Origin: Acholeplasmataceae bacterium
GTDB lineage: Bacteria > Bacillota_I > Bacilli_A > Acholeplasmatales > Acholeplasmataceae
Reading direction: 5' to 3'
DNA length: 64,000 bases
Assembly (NCBI GenBank): GCA_963675245.1
Contig: OY775910.1
Coordinates: forward strand, 1,248,001-1,312,000
In this document: piece after piece, positions 36,382-48,010 of the stretch
How positions within the stretch are numbered: position 1 is the first letter of the stretch
Layout of the letters: each line of letters starts with the position of its first letter
Notes under the pieces: model-generated
The model's database searches: none
Told to the model about the DNA's origin: nothing
The model's input: only the letters and a program-made list of their open reading frames with translations
Position numbers and translations under genes: made by a program

Positions 36382-38310
36382 ATGGCTATTGCCAAAATGA
36401 AATTAGTTGACATAACCGCAGATCTTGAACAATTAGACGTAGCGTTAGCTCGTTTTATTGATATTCGAGAATTTCACCCCATCCCGGCTCAACAAATCAT
36501 TGAGCGTGTTCATGGTTTGACTGCATTTGATGATGAAAATCCATGTTCTACATTACTACAAGAAATATCGGATATAGAGACGAAATATGGATTGAATTTT
36601 CCTGTTATTGATCAAGCTGAACAAGTTTATAGTTTTAATGAAATGTATGATTATCTTGAATCTGTTAAGAAAAAATTAGAAGAAGAAGAATCAAGAATTA
36701 AAGACATTGAAAATCACATTAGTGAATATCGAGATGCGCTTATTCAAGTTAAAAATATTGATAGTCTAGATTTACCTTTTGAAGACTTCTTCTCAAGTGA
36801 ATTTATTTCTATTCGTTTTGGTCGTTTACCAAATGATTCTGTTGAAAAATTGAAGTTTTTCAGATCAAAACCATTTGTGTTTAAATCTTTTACACAAGAC
36901 CAAAACAACAGTTGGTGTATGTATTTCACGACTGATGAATTTAAAAGAGAAGTTGATAATATCTTCTCATCACTATTTTTCGAACGTATTTATATTCCAG
37001 ATTTCGTACATGGTAAACCAAAAGAAGCCATGAAAGCATTAGAACTAGAAATTGAACAAGCTGAGAAGATGGTAGAAAAATATCGTAATGATATGATTGA
37101 ATTCGTGAATGGATGTTCAAACAAAATTTCATGTTTAAAAGGCGAACTTGCCTTTTTAGATCGTATTTTTGAAGCGAAGAAGTATGTTGTAGGATTAGGT
37201 GATAAGTTTCAAATTTCAGGATTTATCGAACCGAAAACAATCAAACTGATCGAAGAATTGTTCTCAGACATTTCAGATGTTGAAATTGATGTCAATGATG
37301 CTGAATCTGATAAACGAGTCACACCACCTACAAAACTAAAAAACAATTGGTTTACAAGACCATTTGGCATGTTTGTTGAAATGTATGGCCTACCAGGTTA
37401 TCATGATTTAGACCCAACACCATTCTTAGCGATTACGTACGCGATATTGTTTGGTATTATGTTTGGTGATGTTGGTCAAGGACTTGTATTAATGCTTGTT
37501 GGATGGTTATTCTGGCGATTCAAGAAGATGAAACTTGGCGCGATTGGATTTAGAATAGGGCTCTTCTCGACGTTATTCGGATTTTTGTATGGTTCGATAT
37601 TTGGATTTGAGCATCTCTTGGATCACTTTTATCATGAGACCTTAGGTATATCATTCTTGCCATTTCATGTCATGGAAGCGGATAATACGAATATCTTGCT
37701 TGTTGGAGCAATCGCGATAGGTGCAATACTTATCATTATCTCGATGATTTTGAACATCATTACGCTAATCAAAAAGAAGAAATATGTTGAACTTGCCTGT
37801 TCACATAATGGATTCCCTGGCATTATCATGTTCACATTTGTGATTGTCGCTGTAGGTTTAAATTTACTGTCAATGGCTAATCTTTTAAACACATTTACCA
37901 TTTTAGGATTAGTGGTCCTACCCATTCTATTGATCTTCTTAAAAGAACCAATTGAACGTAAGTTCCATGGTGGTAAAATGTTTCCAACTGGTTTTGTCGG
38001 ATTCTTTGTAGAAGGATTCTTTGAATTGTTCGAGATTGTCCTTTCCTACGTTACAAACACGATGAGTTTCCTTCGTGTTGGCGGTTTCGTGTTATCACAT
38101 ACCGGTATGATGATTGTCGTTCATACGCTTTCAGAAGGCATGGCAACCACAGGTTCAATCGTTACTTTAATTTTAGGTAATATATTTGTGATGGTCCTTG
38201 AAGGACTAATCGTAGGTATTCAAGTGTTACGTCTAGAGTTTTATGAAATGTTCTCACGATACTACATTGGTAATGGTGTCGCGTTTACATCTTTAAATAA
38301 TAATAAATAA
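36382..38310 (+). CDS. V/A-type ATPase subunit I
   Basis: PPTKLKN, YGLP..DPT, FGIMFGDVGQG, SFLRV (essential Arg), LRLEFYEMFSRYY. Confidence 0.93.
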   Translation: MAIAKMKLVDITADLEQLDVALARFIDIREFHPIPAQQIIERVHGLTAFDDENPCSTLLQEISDIETKYGLNFPVIDQAEQVYSFNEMYDYLESVKKKLEEEESRIKDIENHISEYRDALIQVKNIDSLDLPFEDFFSSEFISIRFGRLPNDSVEKLKFFRSKPFVFKSFTQDQNNSWCMYFTTDEFKREVDNIFSSLFFERIYIPDFVHGKPKEAMKALELEIEQAEKMVEKYRNDMIEFVNGCSNKISCLKGELAFLDRIFEAKKYVVGLGDKFQISGFIEPKTIKLIEELFSDISDVEIDVNDAESDKRVTPPTKLKNNWFTRPFGMFVEMYGLPGYHDLDPTPFLAITYAILFGIMFGDVGQGLVLMLVGWLFWRFKKMKLGAIGFRIGLFSTLFGFLYGSIFGFEHLLDHFYHETLGISFLPFHVMEADNTNILLVGAIAIGAILIIISMILNIITLIKKKKYVELACSHNGFPGIIMFTFVIVAVGLNLLSMANLLNTFTILGLVVLPILLIFLKEPIERKFHGGKMFPTGFVGFFVEGFFELFEIVLSYVTNTMSFLRVGGFVLSHTGMMIVVHTLSEGMATTGSIVTLILGNIFVMVLEGLIVGIQVLRLEFYEMFSRYYIGNGVAFTSLNNNK

Positions 38311-38337
38311 ATAAATATCATATTGGAGGATATAAAG

Positions 38338-38784
38338 ATGCACTATTTAACAATTATTGAAGTGATTGTACCACTATTATTAGTCGTTGCTATCACACTC
38401 CCACTGATTAAAGTATTCAAGGGAAATGTAACAAGAAGAACAGCTAAACGTCGCTTAATGACACATATTGCAGGTTTCTTTACTGTTGTACTATTAGTAT
38501 TAATGATGCAACTTATCATTAATCCACGCGTTTATGGTTTTGAAGCTGACGGGACAATTATGGGTACAATCGCACAAGGCTTTGGCTTTATAGCTGCTGC
38601 GCTTGCAACCGGATTATCTGCTTTAGGAGCTGGTATCGCTGTTGCTGCTGCTGCGCCAGCTGCGATTGGTGCTTTCTCAGAAAATGAAAAGAACTTTGGT
38701 AAGTCTCTTATCTTCGTTGCTCTTGGTGAAGGGGTTGCAATCTACGGATTACTTATTTCAATCTTAATCATTGGTAACTTATAA
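38338..38784 (+). CDS. V/A-type ATPase subunit K (proteolipid)
   Basis: C-terminal c-hairpin GLSALGAGIAV..ALGEGVAIYG; ATG 38338 after GGAGG. Confidence 0.9.
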   Translation: MHYLTIIEVIVPLLLVVAITLPLIKVFKGNVTRRTAKRRLMTHIAGFFTVVLLVLMMQLIINPRVYGFEADGTIMGTIAQGFGFIAAALATGLSALGAGIAVAAAAPAAIGAFSENEKNFGKSLIFVALGEGVAIYGLLISILIIGNL

Positions 38785-38803
38785 CCTATAAAGAAGTCTT
38801 AAT

Positions 38804-39112
38804 ATGAAATTTTTCTTAATTAGTGATAATGTGGATAGTCAGGTAGGGATGCGTCTTGTTGGTATTGAAGGCGTGGTCGTTCATGAAAAAAAACCTTTTT
38901 TGGACGCGCTTGAAAATGCCCTTGAAGACCCTACAATTGGCATTATCCTTGTGACAACAAAAGCTGTTGACCTCGCACCGAAAGTCATCTCGGAATTGAA
39001 ATTAACGTATCCGAGAAAGCTCATCGTAGAAATTCCAGACCGTCATGGTGCGGAAAACATCGGTGAAGCTATTGACAAGTACGTAAGTGAAGCCATCGGT
39101 ATTAAACTGTGA
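38804..39112 (+). CDS. V/A-type ATPase subunit F
   Basis: GMRLVGIEG, IVEIPDRHG, EAIGIKL. Confidence 0.9.
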   Translation: MKFFLISDNVDSQVGMRLVGIEGVVVHEKKPFLDALENALEDPTIGIILVTTKAVDLAPKVISELKLTYPRKLIVEIPDRHGAENIGEAIDKYVSEAIGIKL

Positions 39113-39123
39113 GGTGAATGATT

Positions 39124-39729
39124 ATGGCATATTATACAGAAGAACAGCTTTATCGCTATTTTAATCGCTCTATTCATCATGAAACGAATAAAAAAGTAGA
39201 CGCACTTAGAAAAGAGATTGACTACTTATATGCTTCAGAAATGAAGAAAATTCGTGACGATTTAATGATAAAGAAAAGATTAGATCTCAATAAAGGCATG
39301 CGAGAACTTCAAATCGAATATCAAGACCGTATTAATCAAATCGGTGTCGGTTATGATCAAAAGCTTATAAAAGCACGTATGAAGATGGCCAATACTGTCT
39401 TTAATCGTGTCTTTGAGAAGCTCGTTGACTTTATTGAAACAAAAGCATATGAAACATATATTAAAAATAAAATCAAAACACTTGATCAATATGCAAAAGA
39501 CAAACAATCAATCATTAAAGTATCACCATATGATCATAAAATTGAAGGTTATCTTAAGAAATTAGTCAGTGAATCAGTGAAAATCGAAATTGATCCTAAC
39601 ATCAAAATTGGTGGTTTCATTGTTTCAATACCTAATCAACATATTGAAATTGACGTGACACTTGATACTAAATTAGAAGATCAAAAAGAATGGTTTTATA
39701 AAAATTCAAAACTATTCATTAGAACATAG
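39124..39729 (+). CDS. V/A-type ATPase subunit E
   Basis: Coiled-coil N-half, IGGFIV..IDVTL; between subunits F and A. Confidence 0.8.
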   Translation: MAYYTEEQLYRYFNRSIHHETNKKVDALRKEIDYLYASEMKKIRDDLMIKKRLDLNKGMRELQIEYQDRINQIGVGYDQKLIKARMKMANTVFNRVFEKLVDFIETKAYETYIKNKIKTLDQYAKDKQSIIKVSPYDHKIEGYLKKLVSESVKIEIDPNIKIGGFIVSIPNQHIEIDVTLDTKLEDQKEWFYKNSKLFIRT

Positions 39730-39740
39730 GAGGCATAGAC

Positions 39741-41489
39741 ATGGAAAATGTCATTTATTCGATTAATGGACCTGTCGTTACAGTACGTAATGCTGTCGTC
39801 TTTCACATGCTTGAAAAAGTCTATGTCGGTAAAGAAAAACTTTTAGGAGAAGTTATTTCAATTTCTAAAGAAAAAACAACGATTCAGGTTTATGAATCAA
39901 CTACTGGTTTAATACCAGGTGAGCCTGTATTCGCGACCGGCGAACCTATTTCTGCATTACTTGGACCTGGCTTGTTAAAAAATATTTTTGATGGTATTGA
40001 AAGACCTTTAAAAACGATTGCGAAAGAAGCAGGCATTTATATTCCAATCGGTAGTGATGTTGAGTCACTCGACAGTGAAAAAGAATGGGACGTTGAATTA
40101 ACTGCTAAGGTTGGTGATCAACTAGATGGTGGTTCAGTTTACGGAAAAATTCAAGAAACGACTATGATTGAACATCGCTTAATCGTACCTGGAGACCAAA
40201 AAGGTAAAGTGACGTGGGTCGCTAAGTCAGGTAAGCATAAACTATATGATGTCGTTACAAAAATAGTTGATGAAAAAGGAATCGAAAGAGATTTAACTTT
40301 GGCACAAAAATGGCCAATAAAAGTACCACGCCCAGTGAAACATCGTTTAACAATTTCGACACCACTTATCTCTGGACAACGGGTTATTGATACACTATTT
40401 CCAATTGCAAAAGGTGGTACTGCTGCAGTACCAGGTGGTTTTGGTACTGGAAAAACAATGATGCAACATCAGTTCGCAAAATGGTGTGATGCGGATATTA
40501 TTGTTTATGTTGGTTGTGGTGAACGTGGTAATGAAATGACGCAAGTCTTGGAAGAGTTCTCTGAGTTGATTGATCCAAGAACAAACAAACCATTACTAGA
40601 ACGTACTGTATTAATTGCAAATACATCAAACATGCCAGTTGCTGCACGTGAAGCATCTATATATACAGGTGTTACGATTGCAGAATATTATCGTGATATG
40701 GGATATCATGTCGCTGTCATGGCTGACTCTACATCACGTTGGGCAGAAGCACTTCGTGAAATTTCTGGACGCTTGGAAGAAATGCCAGCAGAAGAAGGCT
40801 TTCCTGCCTATTTACCTTCACGTATCTCTCAGTTTTATGAACGTGCAGGGTATATGGATAACCTAAATGGTTCCACTGGTTCTGTTACTATTATTGGTGC
40901 AGTATCCCCACAAGGTGCAGATTTTTCTGAACCAGTCACTCAAAATACAAAACGTTTTGTACGTAGTTTTTGGGCACTTGATAAACAACTTGCATATGCA
41001 AGACACTATGCTGCCATTAACTGGAATCAAAGTTATTCTGACTATGTTGGTGATTTATCAAAATGGTATGATAAAAACATTGGTCCAGAATTTTTGACGA
41101 ACCGTACAAAGATTATGGCATTACTAGCAGAAGAAACAAAATTATTGGAAATCGTTAAGTTGATTGGTAGTGACGTTTTACCAGATGATCAAAAATTGGT
41201 CATTGAAATTGGTAAAGTCATTCGACAAGGTTATCTCCAACAAAATGCGTTCCACAAAGATGATACGTACGTACCTCTTAAAAAACAATTATTGATGATG
41301 AACGTCATTATTTATCTTTATGACCAAGCCAAGAGAGTCGTTTCTGAAGGTAAATCATTAGATGTCCTTTTAGAAACGGGTATGTTTGAAGAAGTCTCAA
41401 AGATGAAATATGATGTACCAAATGATGAGCTTGATAAGTTTGACGATTACTTGACCAAAATTAATCGAATTATCAAGCGTATGAAATAG
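39741..41489 (+). CDS. V/A-type ATPase subunit A
   Basis: [41 protein letters not shown]. Confidence 0.96.
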   Translation: MENVIYSINGPVVTVRNAVVFHMLEKVYVGKEKLLGEVISISKEKTTIQVYESTTGLIPGEPVFATGEPISALLGPGLLKNIFDGIERPLKTIAKEAGIYIPIGSDVESLDSEKEWDVELTAKVGDQLDGGSVYGKIQETTMIEHRLIVPGDQKGKVTWVAKSGKHKLYDVVTKIVDEKGIERDLTLAQKWPIKVPRPVKHRLTISTPLISGQRVIDTLFPIAKGGTAAVPGGFGTGKTMMQHQFAKWCDADIIVYVGCGERGNEMTQVLEEFSELIDPRTNKPLLERTVLIANTSNMPVAAREASIYTGVTIAEYYRDMGYHVAVMADSTSRWAEALREISGRLEEMPAEEGFPAYLPSRISQFYERAGYMDNLNGSTGSVTIIGAVSPQGADFSEPVTQNTKRFVRSFWALDKQLAYARHYAAINWNQSYSDYVGDLSKWYDKNIGPEFLTNRTKIMALLAEETKLLEIVKLIGSDVLPDDQKLVIEIGKVIRQGYLQQNAFHKDDTYVPLKKQLLMMNVIIYLYDQAKRVVSEGKSLDVLLETGMFEEVSKMKYDVPNDELDKFDDYLTKINRIIKRMK

Positions 41490-41499
41490 GAGGGATGAT

Positions 41500-42948
41500 A
41501 TGAAACTCCAATATACAGGACTCAGTGAAATTAATGGACCATTAATCTTTTTAGATGATGTTGAAAATGTTGGTTATGAAGAAATGGTTGAAATTAAATT
41601 GCAAGATGGTACTTCACGCTTTGGTCGTGTGGTGCAAATTGATGGTAAACGTGTCGCGATACAAGTTTTTGAAGGGACACGTAATATCTCCCTTGAAAAC
41701 ACGAAGACACAATTCACTGGTCACCCCGTTGAAATGAATTTATCAAAAGAAATTTTAGGTAGAACATTTAATGGTTCCGGCCATCCAATTGATGGTTTAG
41801 GTGAAGTTTATATAGATGAGAAACAAAATATTAATGGCTCATCATTAAATCCAGTATCACGTGTTTATCCTCGTAACTTCATTCAAACAGGAGTATCTTC
41901 GATTGACGCTTTAACAACACTCATTCGTGGTCAAAAATTGCCAATCTTTTCTGGGTCTGGTATGCCACATAATGAACTCGCTGTTCAAATCGTTAAACAA
42001 GCGAAAATTGCTGATAAAAATGCTGATAATTTCTGCATTATATTCGCAGCGATGGGCGTTAAAAATGACGTTGCTGATTACTTTAAGAGACAGTTTGAAG
42101 AAGCAGGTGTTATGCACCGTGTTGTCATGTTTTTAAACTTATCAAACGAACCGATTATTGAACGTATATTAACACCTAGATTCGCATTAACAGCAGCAGA
42201 ATATCTTGCCTATAAGCATGATATGCATGTGCTAGTCATCTTAACGGATGTCACTTCGTATTGTGAAGCACTAAGAGAATTCTCATCATCAAAAGGAGAA
42301 ATTCCTGGACGTAAAGGTTTCCCTGGATATCTTTACTCTGATCTTGCATCATTATATGAAAGAGCTGGCATTGTACACAGTGCAAAAGGATCTGTCACAC
42401 AAATCCCTATTTTAACAATGCCTAATGATGATATTACCCATCCAGTACCTGACTTAACAGGTTATATTACAGAAGGACAAGTGGTTTTATCTCGTGAATT
42501 AACACAAGTGGGCATTTACCCACCTGTTGGTGTCCTACCTTCATTATCACGTTTGATGAAAGATGGGATTGGTGCTGAATATACAAGAGGTGACCACTCT
42601 GATGTCGCAAACCAATTATTCGCATCCTATGCACAAGTACAAGATGCAAGAAGTCTTGCTTCAGTTATAGGGGAAGATGAATTGTCACCTGTCGATAGAC
42701 AATATATTGAATTTGGAAAACTATTTGAAGAGCACTTCCTTAATCAAGGATTCGAAACAAATCGTGGCATGCTAGAAACACTTGACCTCGGGTGGGATTT
42801 ACTTTCAGTCTTACCAAAAGAAGAATTATCTCGTGTCGATGATAAAGTGATTGACCAATTTTATAACCATGAACGCGCTGTTGAAAGATTCCATATTATC
42901 ACGAAACCGATCATCAACCAACTAAGAGGTGAGCGAAACAGTGACTAA
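41500..42948 (+). CDS. V/A-type ATPase subunit B
   Basis: [41 protein letters not shown]. Confidence 0.96.
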   Translation: MKLQYTGLSEINGPLIFLDDVENVGYEEMVEIKLQDGTSRFGRVVQIDGKRVAIQVFEGTRNISLENTKTQFTGHPVEMNLSKEILGRTFNGSGHPIDGLGEVYIDEKQNINGSSLNPVSRVYPRNFIQTGVSSIDALTTLIRGQKLPIFSGSGMPHNELAVQIVKQAKIADKNADNFCIIFAAMGVKNDVADYFKRQFEEAGVMHRVVMFLNLSNEPIIERILTPRFALTAAEYLAYKHDMHVLVILTDVTSYCEALREFSSSKGEIPGRKGFPGYLYSDLASLYERAGIVHSAKGSVTQIPILTMPNDDITHPVPDLTGYITEGQVVLSRELTQVGIYPPVGVLPSLSRLMKDGIGAEYTRGDHSDVANQLFASYAQVQDARSLASVIGEDELSPVDRQYIEFGKLFEEHFLNQGFETNRGMLETLDLGWDLLSVLPKEELSRVDDKVIDQFYNHERAVERFHIITKPIINQLRGERNSD

Positions 42949-43570
42949 TCAAGTATTCCCGACGAAGGGTAATTTAATGGCACTTACAAAATCCAATAAA
43001 TTAGCCCAAAAAGGGTATGAATTGATGGATCGTAAGCGTAACATTTTAATGCGAGAAATGATGACTTTATTAGCAGATGTAAAAATGCTTCGTGAAGAAA
43101 TATCAAGCACCTTTAAACGTGCATATCAGGCACTTCAAGAGGCGAACATCACCTTAGGTATTGTAAGTGATATTGCAAAATCAATTCCGATTGACTCAGG
43201 TGTAGAAGTTGTCTATCGCTCTGTCATGGGTGTGGAAATCCCAAAAGTAAGCCATGAAGTAAAACCCGTTAAAATTTCTTATGGTATTGGTGCGACCAAT
43301 ACAAAATTTGACTATGCTTATAAAATGTTTCAAAAGGTTAGAGACTTAACAGTTAAACTTTCTGAAGTTGATAACGCGACGTATCGTTTAGCAAACGCGA
43401 TTCGTAAAGCACAAAAAAGAGCGAATGCATTACAAAATATCGTGATTCCACGTTTTAAAGCGAATATAAAATATATCACAGAAGTACTTGAAGAAAAAGA
43501 ACGTGAGCAATTCACAAGACAAAAAGTGATTAAAGAACAACAAGAAAAACGCAAGCAACTTAAACTATAA
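42941..43570 (+). CDS. V/A-type ATPase subunit D
   Basis: [34 protein letters not shown] (alternative GTG at 42929). Confidence 0.93.
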   Translation: MTNQVFPTKGNLMALTKSNKLAQKGYELMDRKRNILMREMMTLLADVKMLREEISSTFKRAYQALQEANITLGIVSDIAKSIPIDSGVEVVYRSVMGVEIPKVSHEVKPVKISYGIGATNTKFDYAYKMFQKVRDLTVKLSEVDNATYRLANAIRKAQKRANALQNIVIPRFKANIKYITEVLEEKEREQFTRQKVIKEQQEKRKQLKL

Positions 43571-43571
43571 T

Positions 43572-43597
43572 AAAAACGCGGCTACCCGCGTTTTTTT
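43572..43597. terminator. bidirectional terminator
   Basis: AAAAACGCGG-CTAC-CCGCGTTTTT. Confidence 0.8.
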
Positions 43598-44447
43598 AAT
43601 ATTTCAATGAATGTTCAATATGTTTTAAATAATCTTCAATAAATGCACGATAACTTAAGATAGCCTCTCTAAATTCATTTTTTAGAGGAATAACAAATCG
43701 TTCTTCACGTGATCTTAAATATTTTACATAAGCATGACTTAACCGATTTAATTGATCATGAAGTTTGTCTTCACCTTTTAATTTCATCATACGTCTAACA
43801 TCGACAATTAAAGCTCTAAACACCATATCATATCCTTCAATTTGACGGTGTTTCGTACGTTTTGTATCACACCATTCAGTGACATAATTGAGATAGTCAT
43901 CAAGCGCTTTTAGAGAATCTTTAATCGCATCAACAATCGTATAAGTCTTATCTTTAGTAGGATTGATAAAACCAATGTGAACATGATCTGCCAAATAGTT
44001 AAGTAGGTTTTCTTCATGTAATTCAATATAACGGTAATTGGGAGATTCAATTTGTTCTGGCATAATAAATATATATGTGTCAGTCATTAAATCATGATGA
44101 CTGAACACGACGGCATATTGTTTATCGTCCATATGTAGTGACAATAAAGCCTTACGTTTGAATTTACTTAAGTTCTGTAACATGGTTAATGTTTGAAGTT
44201 TGGTAATATGTTCTTCAATAAATTCTAAATCGTAATGATTCAAAAATAAATCAAACCAAATTTTACTTTGTAATCTGGTCCCAGCAGTATAAGCAATCTT
44301 AGTTTTCGACATTTCTTGACGCATAAAAAGATAAGGCATTCGCATTTCAAGTGCAATGTCTTTATCAAATTTATTAATCTTAAAATCTTCTAATAAGATG
44401 GCGATACATGTATAAACGTGAGATCCCCTAAATGTCATGTATTTCAT
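43596..44447 (-). CDS. hypothetical protein
   Basis: 283 aa open frame, ATGA overlap with yidD; no motif recognised with confidence. Confidence 0.7.
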   Translation of the reverse strand: MKYMTFRGSHVYTCIAILLEDFKINKFDKDIALEMRMPYLFMRQEMSKTKIAYTAGTRLQSKIWFDLFLNHYDLEFIEEHITKLQTLTMLQNLSKFKRKALLSLHMDDKQYAVVFSHHDLMTDTYIFIMPEQIESPNYRYIELHEENLLNYLADHVHIGFINPTKDKTYTIVDAIKDSLKALDDYLNYVTEWCDTKRTKHRQIEGYDMVFRALIVDVRRMMKLKGEDKLHDQLNRLSHAYVKYLRSREERFVIPLKNEFREAILSYRAFIEDYLKHIEHSLKY

Positions 44448-44704
44448 TGTTCTTTATGATCCTCTTCATGTGTGTGATGATGTTTAATTTTTTTCTCAGG
44501 AACCGGGTCATATTTAGGCTTGAATAAAGGATTGCAGGTCAGGATTCTTTTCGTCGTTAAAAAGCTCGCTTTGACAAAGTTAAAACGCTCATATGCCGTG
44601 ACGGCATATTGTGAACATGTTGGCTTATGTCTGCAATGATGGCCACTATATGGACTGATGTTTTTTTGATACCATTTAATCATTTTAATCGGTATTTTAT
44701 TCAT
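44444..44704 (-). CDS. yidD: membrane protein insertion efficiency factor YidD
   Basis: YQKNISP, CRHKPTCSQY, RILTCNP, YDPVP. Confidence 0.92.
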   Translation of the reverse strand: MNKIPIKMIKWYQKNISPYSGHHCRHKPTCSQYAVTAYERFNFVKASFLTTKRILTCNPLFKPKYDPVPEKKIKHHHTHEEDHKEQ

Positions 44705-44839
44705 TATCTCACCAAGATTATTATATCACGAGTTCTTGTACATGGTAAATCATGTTATTTAAAGGTTTTATCTTTCAATCGAGTATGATTATGCTATAAT
44801 AGAATTATAGATAATGGAAACGATTACAGGAGGTTAGAG

Positions 44840-46897
44840 ATGAAAGAATATGCGACAAATCAAATCCGAAATATCGCCATTTTAGGCCATCAAGGATCTG
44901 GTAAAACGAGTCTTTCAGAAGCATTGTTATTTGTCAGTAGCGCCATTGACAAAAAAGGAGAAGTTGAGAAAAAAAGTACCGTCTCTGACTATATGGTTGA
45001 GGAGCAAAGCAAACAAGCAAGTTTGTCATTAAGCTTACTACCTACGGAATGGCATGATTATAAACTTAATTTCTTAGATGTGCCAGGGATTGATGAACTG
45101 GTCGGTGATTTAAATCAAGCATTAGAGGTCGTTAAGGGAGCGATCATCATGATTGATGCCAGCAAAGGCGTAGAAGTTGGCACCGAACGTGTGTGGAATC
45201 AAATTAGAAAACGTCATATTCCTACAATTTTATTCGTTAATAAAATGGATAAAGAAAACATCAAGTTTGAAGAAGTTCTTGAGCAAATTCGTGAACAACT
45301 TGGTAAAAAGGCAGTCCCATTTGCATGGCCAATTGGACATCATGACGATTTTGAAGGCTTTGTTAATGTCGTTGACATGAAAGCACGCATCTACGATGGC
45401 AATACGTGTAAAGATGCAGAAATTTGGGAAGAAAAGAAAGCAAAAGTTGAAGAGTTACACACATTGATTATTGAAAGTGTTGCAGAATCTTCAGAAGAAT
45501 TATTAGATTTATATTTATCTGGTGAAGATATTCCTACTGAGATTGTTCATAAATCTCTTAGAGAAGGTATTTTCCATGGGGAATTAACACCGGTGATTGT
45601 CGGAAGTGCTACAAAGACTATTGGTGTTGAAACATTGCTTGATTTACTAGTTGATATGTTGCCTGCACCTAATGATTTAGAACCGCTTGTTGCAAAAGAC
45701 ATCACGACTGGGGAAGAAATCAAGAGAGAAACTAAAGAATCAGAACCATTCTCAGCCTATGTTTTTAAAACAGTTGTAGACCCATTCTTAGGAACGATTA
45801 ATCTATTGAAGATTAATTCAGGTTCATTAAAAAATGGTCAAGAAGTACTTATTTCAAATAATGGTGAAACAAAGAAAATCATGAATTTATTTGAATTAAG
45901 AGGAAAACAGCAAATCGATCTTGATGTATTTCATGCAGGAGATATCGCTGCAATTGCAAAACTTGAAGGTATTGAAACAGGACAAACGTTAACCGATCCA
46001 AAACACCCTATTATGTTTGCACCTGTTGTTCAACCAACACCTGTCATTTATATTGCAGTACATCCGAAACATAAAAACGATGAAGATAAGATTTCGATGG
46101 CACTTCACCGCATTAACTTAGAAGATCCTACGTTTGAAATAAAGCGTAATAAAGAAACTGCCCAACTTCTATTAGGTGGTCAGGGTATGAATCACCTTCA
46201 TTACGTTTTAGAACGTATGAAAAATATATTTAAAGTTGAAGTGGATATTCAAGACCAAAAAATTGTTTATCGTGAAACGATTAAACGTAAAGTTGAAGCG
46301 GAAGGTAAACATAAGAAACAATCCGGTGGTGCTGGACAATTTGGTCATGTATTTATTCGTTTTGAACCAAATGATAAAGATTTTGAATTTAGTGAAGAAG
46401 TCTTTGGAGGAGCAGTACCGAGAGGTTATTTCCCTGCTGTAGAAAAAGGCTTAATAGAAACATTTGAACATGGTCCTCTGGCAGGTTTCCCTGTTATTAA
46501 TGTTAAAGCGACACTATTTGATGGATCTTACCATCCAGTAGATTCAAATGAAATCAGTTTTAAACTTGCTGCAAGTCTAGCATTTAAAAAAGCTTGTGAA
46601 ACAGCTGGTCCAACCATTCTTGAACCGATTGTTAAAGTTTTAGTAACTGTTAAAGATACGTTTGTTGGGGACGTCATGGGCGATATGAATAAACGTCGTG
46701 GTCGTGTGCTTGGCATGGGGCAAAGCGATGGTTATCAAGTTGTTGAAGCAGAAGTTCCTGAATCTGAAATTACTACATATGCTATCGACTTAAAAGCAAT
46801 GACACAAGGTAGTGGGCAATTCACGCGTGAATTCCTACGCTACGAAGAAGTTCCAGGCAACTTGATCCCTAAGATTGTAGAAGCCTACAAAGAGTAA
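44840..46897 (+). CDS. elongation factor G paralogue (EF-G2-like)
   Basis: Five-domain EF-G layout, GHQGSGKT, DVPG, NKMD, KKQSGGAGQFG, DGSYHPVDS. Confidence 0.9.
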   Translation: MKEYATNQIRNIAILGHQGSGKTSLSEALLFVSSAIDKKGEVEKKSTVSDYMVEEQSKQASLSLSLLPTEWHDYKLNFLDVPGIDELVGDLNQALEVVKGAIIMIDASKGVEVGTERVWNQIRKRHIPTILFVNKMDKENIKFEEVLEQIREQLGKKAVPFAWPIGHHDDFEGFVNVVDMKARIYDGNTCKDAEIWEEKKAKVEELHTLIIESVAESSEELLDLYLSGEDIPTEIVHKSLREGIFHGELTPVIVGSATKTIGVETLLDLLVDMLPAPNDLEPLVAKDITTGEEIKRETKESEPFSAYVFKTVVDPFLGTINLLKINSGSLKNGQEVLISNNGETKKIMNLFELRGKQQIDLDVFHAGDIAAIAKLEGIETGQTLTDPKHPIMFAPVVQPTPVIYIAVHPKHKNDEDKISMALHRINLEDPTFEIKRNKETAQLLLGGQGMNHLHYVLERMKNIFKVEVDIQDQKIVYRETIKRKVEAEGKHKKQSGGAGQFGHVFIRFEPNDKDFEFSEEVFGGAVPRGYFPAVEKGLIETFEHGPLAGFPVINVKATLFDGSYHPVDSNEISFKLAASLAFKKACETAGPTILEPIVKVLVTVKDTFVGDVMGDMNKRRGRVLGMGQSDGYQVVEAEVPESEITTYAIDLKAMTQGSGQFTREFLRYEEVPGNLIPKIVEAYKE

Positions 46898-46906
46898 AAT
46901 ATGTTT

Positions 46907-46937
46907 AAGCCCTCTACAATTTTAGTGGAGGGCTTTT
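46907..46937 (+). terminator. terminator after the EF-G paralogue
   Basis: AAGCCCTCTAC..GTGGAGGGCTTTT. Confidence 0.7.
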
Positions 46938-47327
46938 ATGTACTGTGAAATCTGTCATCAAGTCATCGTAAAAAGACATACTATTCATACATTATTTAAA
47001 AATGAGATGCATCATATTTGTGATTATTGTTTTAGAAAATATCCATTAATAGTAAAAAAATCAGTATTACCAATTGAATCAGGTGTTATGTATTGGACAT
47101 CCATGATTAAAACACCAGATTATGTGTCATCCACTGCTTATATGTCTTTTATGAAACCATTTTATTTTGATTATATAAAACATAACAATAAGTGTTTGTT
47201 CTTGCATTTTGACCGCTTAAGCAGTACAATACTATCAATCTTAGATTCACTAAAGCTAGGAGATATTTATCTTCTAACGCTTTATGAAAATATAGACGAA
47301 GAAGAGGAGAACGAGTATGACATTTGA
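46938..47327 (+). CDS. ComFC-like zinc-ribbon protein, truncated
   Basis: CEIC..ICDYC double CxxC at the N-terminus, directly upstream of hpf. Confidence 0.55.
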   Translation: MYCEICHQVIVKRHTIHTLFKNEMHHICDYCFRKYPLIVKKSVLPIESGVMYWTSMIKTPDYVSSTAYMSFMKPFYFDYIKHNNKCLFLHFDRLSSTILSILDSLKLGDIYLLTLYENIDEEEENEYDI

Positions 47328-47868
47328 AGTATTAGGTAAAAATGGCTTTGTGCCAACCAATGCGATCAAAGCTTATGCTGAAAAAAGACTCCACAAAGTT
47401 GAGTCATTGTTTGGTAGACAAGTCGTTGATGAAATTCGTGTGATGTGTAAAGTATATAAAGATCATCACAAAGTTGAAGTCAATGTGATTGCTAAAGGTA
47501 CACTTGTAAGAGCTGAGGCCAGCGATCCTGACATGTATGCTGCAATTGATAAAGCAAATGACAAGTTGATTGCACAAATTAGAAGACATCGTGATAAACT
47601 CAAACACCACCTCGAAAAAGAAGGTATCAAAGATGCCTACAGTGAAACATTTGATGCAGAAGATTTAGAAAAAGATATTCTTGCATCACAACTGGTGAAA
47701 AATAAAAAAATCGAATTAAAACCAATGACATCAGGTGAAGCTATATCACAGATGGAATTATTGGGGCATGATTTCTTTGTCTTCTTAGACAAAGACACGA
47801 ACAAAACACACGTTGTCTATCGTCGAGATGATGGTGATTATGCAGTGATTGAAACGACGATTAACTAA
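47317..47868 (+). CDS. hpf: ribosome hibernation promoting factor (long HPF/RaiA)
   Basis: DMYAAID, KPMTSGEAISQMELLGHDFFVF, VVYRRDDGDY. Confidence 0.95.
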   Translation: MTFEVLGKNGFVPTNAIKAYAEKRLHKVESLFGRQVVDEIRVMCKVYKDHHKVEVNVIAKGTLVRAEASDPDMYAAIDKANDKLIAQIRRHRDKLKHHLEKEGIKDAYSETFDAEDLEKDILASQLVKNKKIELKPMTSGEAISQMELLGHDFFVFLDKDTNKTHVVYRRDDGDYAVIETTIN

Positions 47869-48010
47869 AGAATAAGGGAGATTTTTCTCCCTTTTTTTGT
47901 AACAAATATATTTAATGAAAGAAATTGAAAGATTTCCTTGATATTTTCATAAATAGTAGTATAATAAACAATTGGCGAGGGGGAAACGTCGTTACAGGAG
48001 ATGATTATTC

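Noticed and set aside
43596..44447. Papain-like/C39 peptidase assignment
   Set aside because: Only a vague resemblance; the catalytic Cys-His pair cannot be placed without a profile search.
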